Source of the DNA: Intoshia linei
Taxonomy: Eukaryota; Animalia; Orthonectida
Assembly (NCBI GenBank): GCA_001642005.1
Contig: LWCA01000017.1
Span: 1-64,000, forward strand
Reading direction: 5' to 3'
DNA: 64,000 nt
Below, one piece after another: positions 1-13,400 of this stretch. The notes beneath the pieces were generated by a model. It had not been told where the DNA came from. It saw only the letters and a program-made list of their open reading frames with translations, and did not search any database. A program made the position numbers and the translations under genes. Position 1 is the stretch's first letter. Each line of letters opens with the position of its first letter.

Positions 1-233
1 CGTGCATTTCTAGCATTTAAAATGAAAAAAATAGCACTATCAACGCAACTTATTAACTTAAAAACTACTTTCTAGCATTCATAATTTCGTGCAAAATTAC
101 AGGATCACAATTGTATAAAGTCAAATATAAAGTAAAAAAGTAAACAAAAGTAAAATTAGCATTATCATCGAATTTTTAGTGCTATAAAATGTCGACTCTA
201 GTAATAATATGAAAAATAAATATTTTTGAAATT

Positions 234-3200
234 ACCAGTAAAAATTTACTGATATTGAAACACTAATTGGCGTGAACAGTTTTTAATAACCGTTAAATTT
301 TTCAGATACAACCGAAGTTCTTTTGATTTACGACAAGCCAGAAAAATCAACATTGTATTTAACAACAAAACATATGTGTTTAAAGAATTTAAATTGAAAA
401 GATGAATAATGTACATTTTAATAAAATTATAACGTCAAGTTTGGTTGAACGCTATTTTTAATGTTTGGAATCCATTATGATTTGCCACTGATTGTCGATA
501 CCTTTATGAATCGAATAAAATTATAATAATCAGAAATACCCATCAATATATCGAGCCATTTTTGCCAATAAAATGGAAGAATTTAGTTTTATCGATTTAT
601 TGTTTGAATCGGATCCGAGAGATATCAGTCGTTTCACAAACATGTCAATTTCAATAGTATTGCCAGAAAATAAACATTTTTGTAATTTATTTATATTTAA
701 ATCTTTGACAATCTTTGATAAAAATAAGATTGAATTTGCCAAAACTGAATCAGTTGATTTTTTATAGCATATTGTTTCATTTAATTTAATTATTACTAAA
801 ATATGACTAATAGACATTTTCAAATTATAAATCGTACCGGGTTTAATAAGAAAATATTTTAATTTTTCCTTTTCGTTCAATTTTTCATAAACACTAACAA
901 AATAGTTTACTGATTGTGTTGTATTTCCCTAAGAATATGTAAAGTATAATAGATTTACATATTTACATAAATAGTTTACATCAAGACTTGATCAAATATG
1001 TTATTGTTACAATACTAATAAATAGTTAAATTAAATAGTTATTTTTTAAATTCAACAAAATTTCTATTTATCTTTTTTATAATTTTTTCTAAAAGTTACT
1101 GAAAATCAATCATAAGTTTTTAGAAATTGACGTTTCATAATTACCTTTATGATCAATTTCCCGTTTATTTCATTGAGTGTCGTATGCAAATCAATACTTT
1201 TTAATCTATCATAATAAATTAAATTTTTTTGTATATATCGATTCATTATATGGACAATTGAAACAGTATACGAATTGTTGTGAGTCATCAAGTTGAATCC
1301 ATGTTTAGCTACAATTTTGAAATTTTCTTGAGAAATTGTGCAAATTTTTTTAATGGTACTGGAATTATACCAAAGTAAGATGAATTGGTCCAAAATTTGA
1401 ATATTCTAATTTTAAAGTTTATTTTAAAATTTTCATGTCTTACCAAATTGTCCTGTTTGTATAATTTCAGATTCTTGATTAAAAATTTTGTATAATCAAT
1501 ATTTTCTAAAATTTCACATGCTAAAAGTTTTGAAAAATTATTATCCAAAATAAAGGAATTCATTGTTTTCAACGCGCATAACATGGTTTCGTCGTTTTTA
1601 TTATTCTAATTATAATATCAATGATATGCAGTTTTCCCTACGTTGATAAATTTTCTATAAATAATAAAACACTATTTTTAATATTTTTAATTGTATTATA
1701 ATAAATCAAAACGGGAATAAATATAATTTTAAATTATGTAGAAAAATTATAAAAGGGTTATTAATGAAAGGATGATATATTTAAAAACGTTGGGACCATA
1801 TATAATGTATACCTTTAATACATGTTCAAAATAAATTTTTATTAACTTTGCGTATTCATCGATTTCGATTTTACTAAAAAAACAAATATATAAAATTATA
1901 GGTAGTTCTACAGCAGAGGTGGGGAAAGTGTGGTATTGGGAACAATTTGAATTATTTAAAAAATATTGGTAAAAGCGGTTTTTTCATTAAGGGTTGGTAA
2001 AATTAGGTTTTTTCTTTTGGGATCAGATAGAGGCCTTTTTGATCTAAAAGTTTGATAAAATGGAATTTTTCAAAAAAAAATTTGTAAACGGATTTTTTCA
2101 CTAAAGGTTGGTAAAATTTTTTTTTCTCATAAAATTTTACTAAATTGAATAAAATATGCTAAAAATATATGATTCGCCCCAATCATCTAAAATTTTCGTT
2201 AATTAATAGGTCATTTTTTTTGGTAAAATAAAAAAAACCTACCAGTTAATGTATGTTTGGACATATAATTCTTAACAAAATTATTCATTTTAAATGATGA
2301 AATTAACTATATTTTTAAAATTTTTAATTTCTCTAATGCAGTGGTTCCCGATTGGAATACAAAACTATATGCCTGGGTTCGTGAGATTCAGATAAAATAA
2401 ACATTTTTATCAACTTTTGTTTATTTTTATAGGATAATTTTTAATATTTATTACAGAGTTGCCAGATGTTGGGAATTTATCCCAAAACGCAGACAACTGC
2501 TATTTTATTATTTCAGAAATCCCTCTTTTATCTCACCATTAATAAAATTTAATCAAAAATAACATTCAACCCTCAGGAAAAATAGACTTTTACCGATATT
2601 TTTTTGAAAAATCCACATAATCAAACCACAAAATAAAAACCACATTTTTCCAATACTTTTTTGAAAAATCCGAGTTTACCAAATCTTATGAGCAACAACT
2701 TCCCAATCCAAAACTCAAAATAAAAAATCCAATTTACCAAACTATAATAAAACAAAAAATACCTTTTTTCTAATATTTTTTTTTATACCGGTTTTATATT
2801 TCATGTTTCCTTTGGGGTCCGAAAAAATAAATATTTTGAAATCGAGAACCACTGCTCTAATATAAAGTATTTTTAAATTCTCCAACTCGTTTGATTATTT
2901 AAAAAAGGACAATTGGGGTATTTGACCCGTAAGATGTGAGTTTGGGAGGTTGAAATTTATCTTATTATCTTTCCGGAAAAAACTGTAATTGAAATGGGGA
3001 CTTTATAAAATTCTAAGACTGGTAGTTATTGAAATTAAGTGGAATACACACAAACAACTATTGCGTAGCATATTATATAAGTAAGGATTTATTCAATCAA
3101 TTATTTCCAATAAATTACCTATGATTTGATACGGTAGTCTTGCAAAACTGTGCAATTTCGAAATGAAATTGTACATTTTGATTAATCATCGAAATTACAT

Positions 3201-4165
3201 GATTTATTATAATATTGAAATTCTCGTATGGTAAATATTTTTTGTAATAAAATGAATATTCTCCCAAAATATTACATAAATGAATTATGCCTTTATTAAT
3301 TTCAATATTTCTGGGGGTTATTTCAATTGAGAAACGGTTAAGTTCCTGCAAAATATTCGTCTTAAAAATGATGTACGCACTATTGATTTCTAAACATTGA
3401 TAATTTAAATAATTTTAACATGTGCAGTCGGACCTCGGTGGGGCACCACATAATTTATGGAAAATATTATTTATTTCCCGGATGAAATAATCCGTTATTT
3501 TTTTACTCTTACAATGAATAATTTTAGCAACAATATTAATTCTAAATTCATATAAAGCTTTTAACGAATTCGAACAAGCTTGACTTTTTCTTCTAATTTT
3601 TTAAATAAATTAAACGTTTCTATAGAACAAATTGGGGCGACATCTGGTCCATCTTAAATTATATTAATAATTAATAATTAATTATTTTAATTGATATTTT
3701 ATTAAAATTATTAATTATAGTACTATATGTAATTATATTTACAATATTTTTGCTCCAAAACGGTTAATTTTATATATATTGCTATGAAATCGTTATAAAT
3801 ACTATACAGCCAACATATACAGAAAAACTGCCCCAAAAACCGAGTATTCCCACACCAAGGTTTACTCCATAACGGGGTCGGACTATATTATATTTTTTTT
3901 ATTTTCAAACAATATCATCGATTTTTAAAAGTGTTAAATTGTTATATAGAATTCATTAATTACCGTTTTTACAGTAACACTGAACAAAATGTATTATTTT
4001 TAATAAATTATTGTCATGTGAGTGGTTTTTGTTTTTTGTAGAATTTTTAATTAATTTTCCTAATATTCCGAACCCATCATTAATTTTGAACAGATGAATT
4101 TCTTCTAAAAATATTATTAGTATAATTAGTGCATTTACAAGTAATTCTAAATTATCATGCAATGC
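234..4165 (-). CDS. Multi-exon coding region of unknown function; probably the C-terminal part of the TTC12-like gene, continuing past the window start
   Basis: Minus-strand ORF blocks (530-880, 1106-1393, 1309-1584, 3115-3351, 3956-4162) are bounded by GT-AG introns; for example a 38-nt intron at ~1406-1443 joins the two overlapping ORFs. No recognisable domain, and the exon structure is only partly resolved. Confidence 0.45.
2339..2854. mobile_element. hAT (Buster/Charlie-type) MITE with internal ~30-bp subrepeats
   Basis: TIRs cagtggttcccgatt / aatcgagaaccactg; 8-bp TSD ctcTAatg / ctcTAata. Related copies at 38560-39422 and ~46245-46718 (partial). Confidence 0.8.
2865..3087 (-). mobile_element. 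Non-autonomous Helitron, 5' part
   Basis: Reverse complement of the family 5' end a|TCcttacttatataatatgctacgc also seen at 19863, 36783, 38646 and 43310. Confidence 0.7.
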
Positions 4166-4454
4166 TAGTAATTGTTACAATGTAATAATAATTATTGTCT
4201 TGTCTAACAATTATAATTTAATAATTATAGTTATTGTCTTATAGTAAATAAATTATAATTTTTAATTTTGTATGGTAGGTTAAACTTTTCACGAATTCTT
4301 CCATTAGCTAGGTGTACAAAATTGCTGTTATTGATATCTGAGTATATGAATAATTAGGTGTCAAGTGATTGTATTAATAAGTTTCTTTATTTGTTAGTTT
4401 AAATAATTTTTTTTAAATTAAATCAACAATTTCCACTATATTTTGCAGATATGT

Positions 4455-4700
4455 CTACTTAAATCCCACCATTTTTACTAAAAATCAAAATTTAACAACA
4501 CTAAAAGGAAAAATTAGGTTTTAAAATCCTCTTAGAGAAAATTCCAGTTTTACCAACCTTTAAGGGAAAAATCCAGCTTTACCAACCCTAAAAGTAAAAA
4601 TTTGGTTTTAAAAACCCTTAGAGAAAATTCCAGTTTTACCAACCTAAAATGAAAATTTTAGTTTCACCAACTTGTAAGGGAAAAATCCAGTTTTACAGAA
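4455..4700 (+). repeat. Degenerate ~28-29-bp tandem repeat (aaaaatccagttttaccaaccttaaggg-like), transposon-derived
   Basis: About 8 imperfect units are visible; a shorter relative lies at ~32605-32680. Confidence 0.6.
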
Positions 4701-5789
4701 TTGCGGAGTATCCCATAAAAACTCAATATCACAAACAAAACAAACTTATCAAGGGTGGTCTATTTTCTGGTACCAGCAAATTTTTTTAAATGTATAAATG
4801 ACCAAAATCTAAACTAAATGCAATTACTCTTGTGAGTTTCACAAATTTTTTAAGTTTTTAGAACTAAGCACTCGGAAAAAGGGATTTTTCCTTCATGGTT
4901 GCTAAAATGTTGATTTCTTATTTTGTGGTTCGATTAAGAGTTTTTTCCCGTAAAGTGTCAAAAAATCAAAGTTTTCAAAAAAATGTTGGAAAAAAATGTT
5001 AAGGCTTGATAAAATTGAATTTTTTATTTTGGGTTTGGATTAGAATATTTTTTCTCACAAAATGTTTTGTAAAATCTTAAGAAGGGGATTTTTACATAAA
5101 TGGTTTGAAATGGTACTTTTTATTAAATTTTAAAAAAGTGATAAAAGTGGGATTTTTAAAATAATAGTTTAGCGGTATCTAGGTTTGGGATGAAATCCCA
5201 ACATCTGGCAACTCTGAAGTAATATATGTTACAGAAATAACTAATTTTTTAATTTTGATTGTAATAAAACCAGAAATGCTGGTACTAATACCAGTACGTG
5301 CTGGTAACATTTTTGGTGATTATAAAAAAATTTTCGTATGGCGGACCTAAATAATTTCATTTTATCAGGGTAACACTAAAAAAAAGTAATAATCAAGATG
5401 GAGGAGAGATGACGGCCGTAAATTTTTGAAAAAAAACACAATATATTACTCCAATGCGTCGTTATCTTCATGCGACACGACAATTATTATTATAAATGAA
5501 ATTTTACATGGGAATATATAAGATAGTCATTTAATTAAACGATATTAGACAAGCCTAGATAAGGGTCAAATGCTCGCAATTTTTTTTATTATAAATTTGC
5601 ACAGTAAAAAAGAGTTAATAAGCCCTGATTTAAAAAATAAAAAATTTAGGTCCAAAATATTAGAGTATTTATTTTAATATGTGACAATTTAAAAATGAAC
5701 CAGAAAAATCTTTACATTATTAATAACAATACTGAGTTAAATACAGGGGTCCATATGGACTACTTCACGAACGCCTGGTGTAAATTAAC

Positions 5790-7142
5790 AAATTCTTTGA
5801 AAAAAAGACAATGGAAACCCTCTCACAAATGTAATATTTATCTCTGGTACACTATTGTTTTCATTTCGACTTAAAAATTTATTTTAACTGGATTTACCAT
5901 CAAAATTACCTTCTGTTTTAAAGGATAATGTGTCATTCAATCTAATTGAATTTGTTGATTCAAACCTTTTATAAAATGCTTTTAATTTCTCAAATTTGAG
6001 AAAAAAACTATTTTCGATCTCTGGCTTAACAATGATGGCAATATTTTCTGATAATTTTTCAATGATATTTAAATATTCAAATTTATCTAAAATAATTAAT
6101 TTATATACTCAAGTATTGTATATAACCATTTGTTTGGATTTTCGTACATTGTACGCTGATAAAAAATTAAACTTGTTAATTTTATTTTTTAACTGCCCTT
6201 AAATGTGGTCCATCAAAATTTATTTTCTGATAATTTTAAGTGTAAAAAATTATTTTTGCAAACTGAAACTTGAAACGAGTGGAAATAAATTTTATTACCT
6301 GTATTGATAAGTTTTGAAGCTAAAGGGTTATTGGTCTGTAAAATTTCTTGATATAAATTTCGGACCTCGGAAAAATTTTCAAGCATAAAATATGATTCAC
6401 TTTTAATATACATTGCTTTAATATCATTAGGTTCCATCTGTATTATATAATTATACACAATATAATAAAATAAAATTTTAAAATTTGATGAATATTACTT
6501 TTAAAGCCATATCACAATATTTTATGCTTTCATTGCACTTGTTGAGTTTGTTGTATGCTAAAGAGCAGTTTCTGTAAACATCCATATTGTCTTTGATATA
6601 CACAAGACACTATCATGTAAAACATATTATTATTGATACAGTTTATTCAAACCCTTTTATAATATTCGATAGCTTCTTTGAACCGATTATTTTTGTAACA
6701 TTCATTTCCTATCTTTTTTAATTCATTTGATTTTTTCTTATTCTCAATACGTCGCCTAGAACGAGCAATCGCATCCGCTTCCATGTCCAACATCCAAACA
6801 TCTTTATGTTCCAATAAACGACATTTTTTAAATTAAATCCATACCTGATGACTTTTTATTTGATATTAGTTCCTTTTTTATCTCTTTTACTTGTTGATCA
6901 TGCATAGATTGTTGTTTTTCCACTTCCAATTCATCGAAAGCGATTTTATTTATACTAGACTTAATTTTATTTTCTTTTTTTAGTAGATTCTTTTTTAATC
7001 CATCCGTTTCGTTTTCAACTTTATTATTTCCTTTTATAATGTCTTCTATAATAAAGTAAAACTTAATTTCAAATTATTAATTTTTACCCAATTCATTAAC
7101 TCGTTCCATAAAATTATCAAAATCATTTTCAATTTGTTCCAT
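5790..7142 (-). CDS. TTC12: TPR-repeat protein, TTC12-like (N-terminal exons)
   Basis: Spliced translation MEQIENDFDNFMERVNEL...WMLDMEADAIARSRRRIENKKKSNELKKIGNECYKNNRFKEAIEYYK...IKDNMDVYRNCSLAYNKLNKCNESIKYCDMALK MEPNDIKAMYIKSESYFMLENFSEV parallels the TTC12 N-terminus (EKDAKERAKRRRENK..LKEKGNEAF) followed by 3 TPRs. Exons at 5790-6290 are not fully resolved. Confidence 0.7.
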
Positions 7143-7597
7143 CTCTATTTCTTACTGGTAACTCAAAACAAAGTAGCACTAGAGAAAAAAAACAAAATAT
7201 TTACATGGTTAATAAATATATATTTCTATAATATTGTTAATGTAAAATGTTTAAATATCATTAGAGCAGTGTTACTCAACCAATGTCTCGCAGAATGCTA
7301 TGTAGTATTCCCTTAAATTATATATAAAATTTTCTAGAATAAAAATAATAAATATTGCAATTAATTATAAATTGTAATCTTATATATATATATAAACACG
7401 ACGTGGAATATTATGATACTATCGTTTCTCTCGATATACTATATAGTCGTATGAAATAAAAAATACGAGCGAAATTGCAACGCAATAAATTTAAATTTAA
7501 ATTGAGTTTGAAAATCGATAGGTACTAAACTTTTGGAATTAATTTTGTCAAAGTAACTTGATTTTAATTTTTGAATTCTCTGTAACACCATGTAATA

Positions 7598-8128
7598 CAG
7601 TCTAAGTCCTATTTAACGGAATTTCAAAATTTTGATAAATCAAAAATTCCGTTAACTAAAATTTTACTCTTAAAATATGTTTTCTTCTTATTTATTTACA
7701 AGATTATCTCAAATAAAAAAAAGAAAACCAAAATATTCCAATATTTTCAAAAATCTGATAAATTTATAAATAAAAAATATTAAATGTAAATAATTTTTTA
7801 AATTTCAGTAACCAGAATTAACATTTTATAAATTTTATTTTATTGAGCGATATTAAAAAAATCTAAAAATAGCTTCACTCTACCTTACTTATTTGAATAA
7901 TTATTATAATTCATTATAAACATTCACGTATTCATTCATGTATTTATTTAGTATTCACAATCTCCAATAAAGAAATATATATCTCTTCATAGCTATATTT
8001 AATAATTTTAATTTTTAAAATAATTCTGTTAAATATGACGTTTCTATAGAAAAACATCGCTAAACATCCTGTTTAGCGGAATTCCTAAATTTTTGAGTTC
8101 CAAAAATTCCGTTAAATAAGACAGACTG
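7598..8128. mobile_element. Tc1/pogo-type MITE
   Basis: TA|cagtctaagtcctatttaacggaattt ... aaattccgttaaataagacagactg|TA; the aattccgttaa motif recurs internally. Confidence 0.75.
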
Positions 8129-8148
8129 TATAAATATTTTATAAAAAA

Positions 8149-8710
8149 ACTAGCTTGACTATTATGTACAATACATTACACATTGTATTTTGTACAAACA
8201 GCATCGAGTTCAGCCGAGAGAGGAATTTTTTAAATCTACCAAATCTTACCAATCGTTAAAAGAGTGTTTCCCAAACTTTTCTCATCATGGACTGGTCATT
8301 TCATATTCCTATTAAATTAAAATGAATTATACCGACTTAAAAATTTTAACTTTATTTTGTTAAAATTTGTGTAAATAATTTTAAAAACAATTTTGTGATT
8401 CCATTTTTAATTTATTAGAGAGGAGTGTATATTAAACACTGTATAATATTAAAAATAAAGTAAAAACAATTCTAAAACATTCCAAAAATTTTTTTAATAT
8501 AACTGTCTGACGTATTTTTCTTAAAATTATAAGACTATTTTCATTTTTAAAAAAAACGCTAATTTATGGTTTACAATTAGTTATAGTTAGATTTAAGATT
8601 TTGAAATTTGAATTATCATAATGTTTATGATTTTATAATCTTTATGATATTGTGTATTTTTTACAATTCTAGGATCGTTTGGTCTTTTAAAAAAAGGATA
8701 ATTTTATATA
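8149..8710 (-). mobile_element. Non-autonomous Helitron, 3' end and degraded body
   Basis: Reverse complement of the family 3' end (gctgtttgtaca...gtacataatagtcaagCTAG|t) at 8149-8220. Confidence 0.6.
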
Positions 8711-8874
8711 AAGACGAGTAGCCAATTCAAAGCATACCGTATTATAAAAAGAAATCGTCTAAGTTTTCCTTAATTTAAGAAAAATCCTGTTAACGAGAAA
8801 TAAAACCGCATATAAAAATAATGGAAAGAAAGGTGAAATGAGGTATTTTTATTTATTTACATTATAATAGAAAG

Positions 8875-9883
8875 TTAATTAAATTTAAATTTTTTCTTTT
8901 TTGTAATAATTCTAATGTCATACATGAGATTTATTAAATGTTGAAACGACTAAAAACACGATTATATATTATTAACTTTAAATTACCTTATTAACATTAG
9001 TACCGTATCTAGCACAAGTTGGAAAATATGTGTAATTTAAATTTTCCGAAAATTGTTTGTAGTTTTCTAAAATATCAACTATTTTTGATTTACAGCACAT
9101 ATCTATTTTATTTCCCAATATAATGTGAGGTATCTGTGTTGTATCAAGTTTAGTATCTAATTAATGGCTTACTTCAATTCCACGTAAATTTATCAAATTT
9201 TCATGGAGCAAACACGCCTTTTCAAAACTTTTCTCATTGTCCAAAGCGTATACGATCATGTAGCCGTCACAAGATTTCATGTAGTAATTTGCCAACGCGT
9301 TAATATGAGCCTATAAATGTAAACATTACCCATCGATTGTGGATATTATTTATGATTCCAAGTCATGGGAGATCCCACCGTTCATTCGGGATTATCCGTT
9401 ATAATCAGTAATTTATTAAAGTAGATAAATCAGGATTCTCATTTAAAAATTATCATCTTATTAGTTTCATTTTGAAATTCGAAATTAATAAACAGACATT
9501 GTCAACAAAGTTTGCAATATCACCTAAAGTCCATAAATTTTTAAATTGAAACACAAAAAGAAGTGCAAAATGTGCCAGTATATTATCAAATTTTATAAAT
9601 TTATAAGCATACATTCCCTGAAGTGTCAAGTATATTCATTTGAATTGTACGTTTCCTAAAGTCTAACCGATTAGGAGACATTTAATCAAATACCATCATA
9701 TTTCAAATACATGTCTTCTATTGTTGGATCGTAAAAGCCATCGATAAAACGATTTTCCGTGTATTTTAAGATCTTAAAAATAACAAATGAAAAATGAATT
9801 CGTACAATAGAACTTTTTCCAACACCCCTGTCCCCTAAAACTCCTATAAGAAAATTGACATTTTTTTTCTTTCGGAAATACAT
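8875..9883 (-). CDS. Divergent Ras-family small GTPase (Ras/Rheb-like), 6 exons
   Basis: Spliced motifs G1 GDRGVGKS, G2 FYDPTIED, G3 ILDTSGN, G4 GNKID and G5 PTCAR; ends IITKKKKFKFN*. GT-AG introns include 33 nt (9773-9805), 31 nt, ~300 nt and two of ~40 nt. Confidence 0.85.
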
Positions 9884-10488
9884 ATTTGTAAACTTTATTC
9901 AAATGTCAACAAACGTACGAAAATGAGATTAATCAAATTTGATGTAAATAGTGGTCCCAAGTTGAGACCCGTAACCAACGAGATTTAATTCAATGACCAC
10001 CAAACCGCGGTCCGTCATTTTTGATAAAATTCAATCTTATATTTTTTTAACTGATACTGTTTCATAAAAAAGAATGAAGCGACCCACATGTGAACTAGAT
10101 TTATAATTAATTTAATTATAATCTTTGATACAATTTAACACTAAAAATATGAAATTAGCTAAATTTAAGATTAATATACATTAGGGCTGTCGGTTCTCAA
10201 ATAAAATTTTTTTAACCCTTATGTAGTGTAATGTAAACATTTGTATATAATATACAGCTTTTTTCTCGCGGATCCCCACTTGAGAAAGACCCGAGTAAAC
10301 GCTCCAAAGCAGCGAATTTTTGAGGTACTTTAATAAAATATACGAATATAAATTAATTTGACTTCTAAAAATATCAGTTATAATTGAAACCGTCACACCC
10401 GAGACACTCTTCTGAGGTCTCGACGAAATTTTGTAAAATGGGGTTCATTAGTAACATTACAAACATTTTTATTAAAATTTAATAAATA

Positions 10489-13400
10489 TTAAAATTCGTC
10501 AAGTTCCGTATTCACAGTATTTGATCTTGTATTATTAGTTACGGATGAATCCTTTTCTGAAGCCATAGATGCCTCAATTTCATCAGGCCTTTCAAAACCG
10601 TCCTAAAAATATTTTAAAAATAATGAGACAACAAATACCGTTGTTTCATATAACACTTTGAGTACAGAATTTGAAAATTCCCGAAATAATTCATTCTCCT
10701 GGTTAGACTGGCATATTGTTTCAATATCTCGTAATTTTCCAAAATAAAAATTTCGTTCACTTTCCATTTCAGTTATACTAGACTCCATTTCATCTACTCT
10801 GCACTGTAGATCCATCAGCTATAAAGCATTATCGTAAAAATTAAATATCTAAAAACCTTTAATTTATATTCTGAAATAACGGAAGATGAGTCGTCATTTG
10901 AATTTTCTTTTTGATTGACCTTGCTTACCTTGATCGATTTATTTTCACCTAAAAAATAATATTTAATATACAATGCAACTGTTTACCATTTTTTATTGGA
11001 TTTTTACTGATACGTGTGGTAATTTTTTTGGATGGAGGGATTTCTTTTTTCTTTGTAGATTTTAAAACAGTGGAGGGATTGTTTTTAATCTCGCGTGGGA
11101 TGGATTTTAATTTAGCTTTTGGTGGTGTAATAATAGTTTTCGTTTTTGAGTTTCCGATAGGTACATTTCCTCTTGCTGCTAAAGGATCATAATCTTCGTC
11201 AATATAATTAGAATTTAGTTCGTAAAACTTTTTAAACCATTGCACAAACTCTAAATTATCTTGGAATTTACCTTTAACCAATCTTTCAATCGGTATAACC
11301 TAGTAAAATGTTTTTTAATGTAATGGAAAATAATGTACCTTATCCACTTTTAATTTAGAAAAAGCATTTTGGAGAATTTTTAAATTGTTTATTTTTTCAT
11401 ACTCTAATGTGGTATTGATTTTTGCTCTTTTGAGAGGCACTTTTCCTATTTTATTGGAAATAAATTATAAAAATAATATTCTTAAGTCACAAAATAATTA
11501 TTAGAAATTTCTCCAAAGAGTTGCGCCAAAATTTTACTCCTACATGTCTGCCACTGAAAAATTTTATCGACTTAGTTAATACTTGATAATATAAAGTAAT
11601 TTAGATAAACATGTATGTCTCTTTGTTACGATTTATTTGAGAAAGTAAGAGATGTAAAGTTTTAAAAATACCAATTAACACTTAGCGTCAACAGGATATA
11701 ACTGTATTATTTGTAATTTTTTTAAAATTCTAGGGCTGTTTAATTTTTAAAAAAAAGGTAATCAGTGGTTTTGAGCGTGAAATTGGTCTTTTTTGAGGTT
11801 ACCATTTATGATGATGGCTATAATTTTAAAAATTATTTCAAAATTGATTCATCTTAGAATTTATGTTGTATAAAATTCTAGGACTTTTTTCTTTTTACAA
11901 AAAAGTGTAATTTGTGGCTTTCGCCGTAAATATATAAGATTTTAAAATCGAAAATAATCATAATGTTAATGATTTTAAAATCTTGAACAGACTACATTTT
12001 TTATAATTTTAAGACGGATTTGAAATTAAAAAAAGTGACAATTGGGGTTTTAGACATTGAAGGACTCAATTTCTGAAAATCATATTTGCGATAAAACAAC
12101 AAATATGGAATTTTTAAAATTCGACTCCGCATACCTTCTTAAATAAACTGGAACAGACAGACAGACAAATAGAAATACATTTTTAACTAAATTACTTCAT
12201 ATAAGTAAGGATAAGATATGACAGCGGTTCTCAATTGGGGTAATGGGATCCTATGGGTCCGAGAAATTATTTTTGGTACCAGTTCATCTGACCCTGATTC
12301 ATAAATGCTAGATATTTTTTAAATTCCCAAAAATAGTTGTAAATCGCATTGGTCATCATAATTTGACATACTCAAAAAATTTTCCGACATTATCTATTGA
12401 TAATTTATATTTACAATATTAGGTTCCCATGATTGTAGACCCGGGAAATATGCCCCTCTCCATGGCCCTGACTCAATGTAAACCATCTCCATTATAAAAT
12501 ATTTTACAAGTTTAACCAACATGACGGGTTTTAAAGGGTATTATTAGAATAGTTGAAATTATTATATGTAATATTATATTATTAAATACTACTACATACT
12601 TGATTTTCCGATTAAACGCTTTCAAATCAACCAGAATTATTCGAAAACCGGTTTTTCAATATTTTGAATAAACTCGACTCCCTAGTACCAAATGTGAAGG
12701 ATGTTGGGAACCGCTGCTCTATGAGCACCACCATAAACTATATGTGGACCAGGTTGCGAATAACTGCTTTGAAGGATTGGTAATAGTGAATAGTATCATT
12801 TTTATGTTAATTTAAAATTTTATAATTTAATTTATTTTTTTGGATTTAATTAAAAAAGTCTGCCTCGGCAGAGCTAGATACTATTTTTACAGAGTACTTA
12901 ACAATCAAGCTAGAATATAATAAAATTTATCTAAAATTAAATCTATATAATATAGTATCAAATTTATCACGAAAATGTCCCATCTTTAAAAGGATAAATC
13001 TCTTTCTATATACTTAAAAGTGTGTATTTTGTTTGTGTAGTGAAAATAAATTTTCAAATCATTAAAAAATAACTAATTTCAAGTCAAAGTAAATTATACA
13101 ATATACTCCCGAGTCGGTAACTTTTGTGCATCTATGGGCCACTTTTTTATATCAAAAAATTATATAGGCCCGTTTTTGTAAATTTATACATGATATATTT
13201 CAATTTTAACTAAAGAGCAACGTTTCTAGTATATTCAACAAAATATAATCTGGGCAGATTTGAAAATTCAATATTAAAATGATTATAATGAGCCAATTAT
13301 AGTAAAAAATAATTAAAAAGTGTTTTGAACTTGAAAAATAAATAATGTACATGTTTACTAACAGGACCGCTAAAATTATTCTGAGGACCACTGGTTGCCG

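Noticed and set aside
4455-4700. CRISPR-like array (regular ~29-bp periodicity; likewise 50800-51190)
   Set aside because: The units are adjacent and degenerate with no unique spacers, there are no cas genes, and the context is eukaryotic.
10389-10397. aaccgtcac resembling the start of a flatworm spliced leader
   Set aside because: Only a 9-nt match; the following sequence resembles a repeat at 26925-26985 and lacks the expected splice donor.
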